From a virus (lineage: Duplodnaviria; Caudoviricetes), in the IMG/VR virus record IMGVR_UViG_3300016294_000004, positions 1 to 42,321 of that record: a DNA stretch of 42,321 bases, one strand, 5' to 3'. Positions 37,630 through 42,321 of the stretch are shown here, piece by piece. The notes under the pieces were generated by a model. It worked only from the letters and a program-made list of their open reading frames with translations. It made no database searches and had not been told where the DNA came from. Both the position numbers and the translations under genes were made by a program. Position 1 is the stretch's first letter, and the number at the start of each line of letters is the position of its first letter.

Positions 37630-37958
37630 GGTCGCGCTACCTCGAACCCGGACACCCTGACGACGGCTTGAAACGCCGGTATAAAGTTGCCGATGTCGAG
37701 CAGCTTGCGCAGCTCGTCCTGCGTCAGGTCCGGATAGTTGCGCGACAGGCCGGCGTGGATCACGGGCAGGCAATAGCTGATCTGCTCCGCGAAGTTCTTG
37801 CCGGACAGGCGCTCGCTCGCCTTCGAGATGTCCTCTTCGAACTGCTGTACTTGGTCGAGGGAAAGCGGCGCGATCACCAGATCGACGCCGCCCAAGTTGA
37901 TTGCCGTGCCCGGGATCTTGCCTGCGACCGGGGCGTACCTGCTGCCGTTCGCCTCCAC
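37602..37958 (-). CDS. Tail assembly chaperone (gpG-like)
   Basis: 118 aa, LGG..L.IAPLSL...L.RNYPDLT; between tail tube and tape measure. Confidence 0.7.
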   Translation of the reverse strand: MEANGSRYAPVAGKIPGTAINLGGVDLVIAPLSLDQVQQFEEDISKASERLSGKNFAEQISYCLPVIHAGLSRNYPDLTQDELRKLLDIGNFIPAFQAVVRVSGFEVARPGETPRPSP

Positions 37959-37960
37959 GG

Positions 37961-38722
37961 TTACTCGCTCCACGACTGATACGAGATGTTGCCGTTGGTG
38001 TCGGCGAAGCAGGCGAACTCCGCGTCCGGGATGGTAAAGTCGTCGTTCTTGAACGTGCTGTCCATCTTGTTGCAGACGGCGTTCGGGAACTCGACCCACC
38101 ACGTTTTGCCGTTCTTCTGCGCCATGAACTGGAGCATGAAGCTCGGCTGGTAGCCCATCGGCAGGTTGACCACGGTCAGCTTCTTGGCCGCAGTGATCGC
38201 GGTCGACGTGTAGGCGTACGACACGAACACGGTTTTGCCCTGATCCTGCGTCGAGAAGATGTAGTTGCCGGAGCCGGTCATCTCGTACTGGCCGCCGGTC
38301 GGGCCGGTCGCCACCCGGGTGTACGGCACGCCGTTGCCGTCCTGCACGCCCTGATCCAGCGCGAACGCGCCGCTGCTCGGCGGCGTGACGGTGATCCCGC
38401 CGGTGCCGCCGGTCGCCTGCGTGCCGGTGAGGTCATGGAACAGCGCCTCATAACCGGCCGTGAGGGTCTGACCGTAGAACACCGAGTTGAACAGCTCGGC
38501 ATTGATCCGGGCAAACTTCGCCTTGACCATCGCCTTGCCCTTGCCGCGGCCGACGTCCACCGGGAACTGGTTCGCGCCGTACAGCTCCTTCGACTCGAAG
38601 TCGAACGACACGCCCACCTCCTGCAGGATGCCGATCTCCACCGGCGACGACGGCGTCAACGCATTGCCGGACGCGTCGGACTGGGGAGTCGCGATCAGTA
38701 CGCCAGCACCAAAGGTCCACAT
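37961..38722 (-). CDS. Major tail (tube) protein
   Basis: FGAG.L...GILQEV.V.F....KELYG..QFP....RG...K.DDF.IPD.EF; AGGAG Shine-Dalgarno; position upstream of the chaperones. Confidence 0.75.
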   Translation of the reverse strand: MWTFGAGVLIATPQSDASGNALTPSSPVEIGILQEVGVSFDFESKELYGANQFPVDVGRGKGKAMVKAKFARINAELFNSVFYGQTLTAGYEALFHDLTGTQATGGTGGITVTPPSSGAFALDQGVQDGNGVPYTRVATGPTGGQYEMTGSGNYIFSTQDQGKTVFVSYAYTSTAITAAKKLTVVNLPMGYQPSFMLQFMAQKNGKTWWVEFPNAVCNKMDSTFKNDDFTIPDAEFACFADTNGNISYQSWSE

Positions 38723-38733
38723 AGTAAAACTCC

Positions 38734-38922
38734 TTATCCGGGCGTCGCCGGGGTTGGGTTGAAAGCGATCCGGTAGACGTAGCGGCCGCCGGCTTCACGC
38801 TTCTTGATGATGACGGCCTCGCAGTCGCCTTGGTGCAGGGCCATCCGGTTGAGAGCGGCAGCGATCGCCTCTCCCGCGTTGCCGGGGATGGCGATCTTGG
38901 GCGAGCCGTTGGCGTGGTTCAC
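38734..38922 (-). CDS. Hypothetical protein
   Basis: 62 aa, GTGA-coupled, fills the gap before the tail tube gene. Confidence 0.45.
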   Translation of the reverse strand: MNHANGSPKIAIPGNAGEAIAAALNRMALHQGDCEAVIIKKREAGGRYVYRIAFNPTPATPG

Positions 38923-39368
38923 GGGATCAGGACCGTAATCGGGACGCGGACGATGGAGGTCGACTGGAGCAGCCCCTCGGCGATCGCCACCTGCCCCTCG
39001 ATATAGACGTGCTCGACGATGCCGCCCAAAGTCTGGACGTTGCCCGGGTTGCCCGGCTGCTCGACGATGTCGTCCAGCACGTCCAGCGCGTTGTTGACCA
39101 GCGTCGACGGCAGGACCGCCAGCGGGTCGCCGGTGTTGACGTAGATCAGCACGTCCGCCTTCAGCGTGCGGATCGCCGGGATCCCCTTGCCCTTCTTGAC
39201 CCACTGTTCGCCGCGTTCCTCCATGTACAGCGCCGGCATCTCGCCCGGGCTGACGTCCGCGAAGTGGCGCAGATACCGCTGCATGGTCACAAACTGACCC
39301 TGCGCGTTGATGTTGGACGTGATCAGCGACCATAGGGCGGTGTAGATCTGTTCGCGCGTCGGGCTCAC
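38919..39368 (-). CDS. Tail terminator / completion protein
   Basis: 149 aa, REQIY.AL...QTLGG.V; position in the head-tail module. Confidence 0.6.
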   Translation of the reverse strand: MSPTREQIYTALWSLITSNINAQGQFVTMQRYLRHFADVSPGEMPALYMEERGEQWVKKGKGIPAIRTLKADVLIYVNTGDPLAVLPSTLVNNALDVLDDIVEQPGNPGNVQTLGGIVEHVYIEGQVAIAEGLLQSTSIVRVPITVLIP

Positions 39369-39532
39369 TTGCGCCGGCCCCGGACCGCGATCATGAACGG
39401 CTGAGGCGAGCGCGTGCCGAGGACGGCCGCGACGGCCACCGGGAGCCGCTTGGGACGCATCGTGGCTACAGATATACGTTGGCCTGTCGCCACGTCGAAG
39501 AAGACCCCCTCCCGTGCAGCCGGGGACGTCAT
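39365..39532 (-). CDS. Small hypothetical protein (55 aa)
   Basis: MTSPAAREGVFFDVATGQRISV...; ATGA and GTGA overlaps on both sides; read directly from the sequence. Confidence 0.45.
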   Translation of the reverse strand: MTSPAAREGVFFDVATGQRISVATMRPKRLPVAVAAVLGTRSPQPFMIAVRGRRK

Positions 39533-40050
39533 CCCATCACCTTTCTAGCCGCGGCGGTGAGGGCATCGCCGAGCTTCTGGGTCGCGAGCGGCGTGATGTC
39601 GGCCAGCGCCGGTGCCAAGAACGGCCGCGCGGCGTGGCTCTTGGCCGGGATGTTGGCGTGTGCCGCAAACACCACCTGCCCGCCGACCTCGAACCTAAGC
39701 GCCTTGGCGGTCTTGGGGTAGACGGTGAAGGCCGGCGTGGTGAAGCCCAACTCCCACGCCCGGCCGTAGCTGACGTTGGTGCCGACGTAGTAGTCGAAGC
39801 GGTCGCCGCTGTCCTCGAACCGGGTCCGGGTGTCGCCCGGACTGCGCGCGGTGCGCTGGCCGATGGACGACGACAGGCGCCCGGTCCGGACGCGCAGCGC
39901 CTGCCCGTCTAGGTACTGGGTCTGGACGATGCGCTGCAGCTCGAAGCCGAGCGCGATCACCGTGTCGCGCACGTCGCGCCGGGTCTGCTCCGGCAGCCGG
40001 CCCAGCCGCGCCACCAGTTCGCGGTCTCCGATCAGTGCGCCGCTCACCAT
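39529..40050 (-). CDS. Neck / tail completion protein (HK97 gp10-like)
   Basis: VRTGRL.SSI...VGTNVSY...E.G...ARPFL.PA. Confidence 0.75.
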   Translation of the reverse strand: MVSGALIGDRELVARLGRLPEQTRRDVRDTVIALGFELQRIVQTQYLDGQALRVRTGRLSSSIGQRTARSPGDTRTRFEDSGDRFDYYVGTNVSYGRAWELGFTTPAFTVYPKTAKALRFEVGGQVVFAAHANIPAKSHAARPFLAPALADITPLATQKLGDALTAAARKVMG

Positions 40051-41069
40051 ATCGGAGCCCTCCGCGCGTACTGCTCCATGACGCCCCTCGCCCGGTCGGT
40101 CAGGGCCTTGACGTTGAACGTGATCGACTGTTGCTCGATCGACTCCGAGGTGACGCCGATCCGGGCGCGCGCCTTGAACCAATCGCCGATCAGGTCGATG
40201 CACGCCTGCTCGATGTCGTACGGGATCATGGCGTAGGAGATCAGCACCAACTGGCCGACGTCGGCGACGTTAAAGCCGTAGGTGCTGCCGAGCGCCGTGT
40301 ACTGCCCCTGCAGCGGCGCCGACGCGACCCGCACCAGCGGCGTGCCGTTGGCGTAGGTTACGCCGAGATCGCCGGCGCTCCAGCGCGCGATGGTGGTCAG
40401 GGTCAGCGACGCCGGCACGACCTGCGGCTCGTTCGGGATCATGTAGCCGGCGTTGTAGGTCCACTGGACGTTCTGATAGCCGCGGCAGAACTGAAACCCG
40501 GACAGATAGACCTGCGCCTCGTCGAAGGTGTAGCCGGACGGCCCGTACGGGAACGGCACTCCGGCGTAGGTCTGGTTGACCGGCGTCAGCTGCGGCCGCG
40601 GCGGGATCACGATGCCGTCGATGACCAGCGACGTGATCGACGTGATCGGGGTCTGCTTGGACGGCATCGTCGGCTGGCCGAGCCCGTTGCGGGTCTCGTT
40701 GTACTGCTGGTTGGCGATGATCCGCGACATCCAGCGCTGCATAAACGACGAGCAGGCCGAAATCAGCCGCTCGAGCAGCGAGTGGTCGATGGACGCGAAA
40801 CCGCCGACGGTGTAGACGCCAAACGACGTAGTGTCCACCCCAATCGAGAAGTGCGTCGGATCGATAACCGTCACCGGGTAGGTCTGGCCATTCACTTCCG
40901 TCATGCCGCCGACGCTGGTCAGCGTTACCGGCATGGTGGAAAGGAACGCGTTGGCGGCCGGGGTCGTCACGACGCCCGGGTTGGTGTTACTGATTCCGGA
41001 GATCGGGACCGCGGACAGGTTGAGCCACTGCGCCGCGTTGGCGTAGATGGTGAGGTCGAGCGGGCTCAT
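40044..41069 (-). CDS. Head-tail adaptor with two inserted beta domains
   Basis: LERLI.A.S..M...F.RG.QNV..TY.AGY...IP.DIEQAC..L; follows the capsid gene. Confidence 0.7.
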   Translation of the reverse strand: MSPLDLTIYANAAQWLNLSAVPISGISNTNPGVVTTPAANAFLSTMPVTLTSVGGMTEVNGQTYPVTVIDPTHFSIGVDTTSFGVYTVGGFASIDHSLLERLISACSSFMQRWMSRIIANQQYNETRNGLGQPTMPSKQTPITSITSLVIDGIVIPPRPQLTPVNQTYAGVPFPYGPSGYTFDEAQVYLSGFQFCRGYQNVQWTYNAGYMIPNEPQVVPASLTLTTIARWSAGDLGVTYANGTPLVRVASAPLQGQYTALGSTYGFNVADVGQLVLISYAMIPYDIEQACIDLIGDWFKARARIGVTSESIEQQSITFNVKALTDRARGVMEQYARRAPIW

Positions 41070-41072
41070 GGG

Positions 41073-41114
41073 AAAAAGGGGCGCGCGCCGTTACGAGGAG
41101 GCCAACGCGCGCCC
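41073..41114 (-). terminator. Rho-independent terminator after the major capsid gene
   Basis: On the minus strand, a GGGCGCGCG...CGCGCGCCC stem followed by CTTTTT. Confidence 0.65.
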
Positions 41115-41123
41115 GGTCCGCTA

Positions 41124-42321
41124 TTAGTTGCTCATGCCGGTGATGACGCCAAACGCCGGCGGGAAGTACACCTGCAGCACGCCGTCGAAGTAGACGCCCA
41201 TCGTCCGTTGCATGGTGACGACCGGCCACTCGACCGACCAGTAGTCACGCCGCAACAGCTTCCGGATCAGGTTCGGGACGTTCGACAGCGGGTACGGGTT
41301 GGTCCGGCTGTAGAACAGCGCCGTGCCCTGCGGGATGAACGGATGCGCGTGCACGTCCAGCCGCGTGTTGCCGAAGCCCACCTTGTTGTTGTACACCTTG
41401 AGCTGCGCCGCCGCCGACAACCCGTTCTCCGAGGCGTCGCCCATCACGAACGGCGCGAGGTTGGTGTTGCCGTTCAAGATCAGCGCCGACGCCTTGCCGT
41501 GGTCGTACGGCGACATGAAGATATCGGTCGGCACGAGGCGATAGTTGCTGATGCGATCGCTGATCAGGTTGTCGAACTCGGTGATGCCACCCGACCCGGA
41601 ACCACTCGAGGTCAGGGCCGCGCCGCCGAGGTCTTTGACGTATGCCCCGGAGCCGCTCTTCACGATCTGGGTCAGGATACCGTCGTAGGTTAGCGAGTTC
41701 AACGACGTGTCGGTCGCCGGGATGGCGGTCGCAGCTTGATTCGTGCCGGCCGGCGCCGCGTTGATCGTGACGCTCGGATAGCCGGTGATGGCGACGATCT
41801 TCTCGCTGCCGCCGCTGCCTTCGTACCACGCATAGCCGAACGCGCCCGTGACTGCGGCGACTTTGGCGTTGATCTGCTGCGTCGACGTGCCGCCAGACAG
41901 CGTCACGGACAGCGCGGCGCTCTGAATGCCGCAGAAGCCTTGAATCGGTGTCGTGGTCCCGTCCATGTTGGCCCGGGTATACGGCAGCGGGACGCCGGTG
42001 GACGACACGCTCGCCCGGGTCATGCCGTCGAACGTGAGCGCGACGCAGATCACCGAGTAGGTGCCGTTGCTGAACGAGCCGCCGGTGTTGCTGACCGCGC
42101 CCTGCGTCGGCGTCGGCGTGGTCTGCAGCGCCACGCTCGAGTTGCCGCCGATGTCGAGCAGTTCTTCCGCTTCCATCGTGGCCTGCAGCGTTTCAGTCGC
42201 CATCAACGCCATCAGGTCCTCGAACGTCAGCGCCGCCATGTACGCCTGCTCGGTGACGAAGTTGTCGAGGCCCTGCGTGCTGAACTTGGCGAGGTTGTCG
42301 GTCACGGTCTGCGCCATGGCC
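41124..42321 (-). CDS. Major capsid protein, 3' part (starts at 512 across the junction)
   Basis: EELL.IGGN, YDGIL, VH.HPF.PQG and DY..VEWP motifs; followed by a terminator. Confidence 0.8.
   Translation of the reverse strand, partial: AMAQTVTDNLAKFSTQGLDNFVTEQAYMAALTFEDLMALMATETLQATMEAEELLDIGGNSSVALQTTPTPTQGAVSNTGGSFSNGTYSVICVALTFDGMTRASVSSTGVPLPYTRANMDGTTTPIQGFCGIQSAALSVTLSGGTSTQQINAKVAAVTGAFGYAWYEGSGGSEKIVAITGYPSVTINAAPAGTNQAATAIPATDTSLNSLTYDGILTQIVKSGSGAYVKDLGGAALTSSGSGSGGITEFDNLISDRISNYRLVPTDIFMSPYDHGKASALILNGNTNLAPFVMGDASENGLSAAAQLKVYNNKVGFGNTRLDVHAHPFIPQGTALFYSRTNPYPLSNVPNLIRKLLRRDYWSVEWPVVTMQRTMGVYFDGVLQVYFPPAFGVITGMSN
42199..42321. repeat. Terminal direct repeat, copy 2
   Basis: Identical to 1-123. 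Confidence 0.95.

Noticed and set aside
42199-42321. 123-bp terminal repeat as a physical direct terminal repeat
   Set aside because: It lies mid-capsid gene and is exact, as expected of an assembler circularisation overlap. It says nothing about packaging ends.

Overview
The window is an apparently complete, circularly assembled, GC-rich tailed phage genome of about 42.2 kb. Bases 1-123 are identical to 42199-42321, and the major capsid gene runs across that junction. Genes form two arms that diverge from a promoter/operator region at about 12.1-12.2 kb and meet at 23496/23498. The minus arm carries small early genes, an HTH regulator, a DUF1064-like nuclease, a lambda O-like replication initiator with internal iterons, terminase, two collagen-like proteins, portal, MuF, protease/scaffold, capsid, a siphovirus tail with a GTA-like tail tip, fibres and a GH108 lysis cassette. 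The plus arm carries a purZ-mazZ-datZ cluster for making 2-aminoadenine (Z) DNA, a second MazG-like protein, DUF932, RecE/Bet recombination genes and a 931-aa methyltransferase-GT2-TPR-GT9 fusion. The main points are: (1) a Z-genome pathway in a phage with no visible DNA polymerase, primase or helicase; (2) a candidate virion glycosylation system pairing the four-domain enzyme with Gly-X-Thr collagen-like structural proteins; (3) a probable -1 frameshift fusing portal to MuF; (4) a repeated promoter module with seven ACC-N6-GGT operator-like sites. I found no integrase, tRNA or CRISPR array. All calls come from motif reading; no database search was run.
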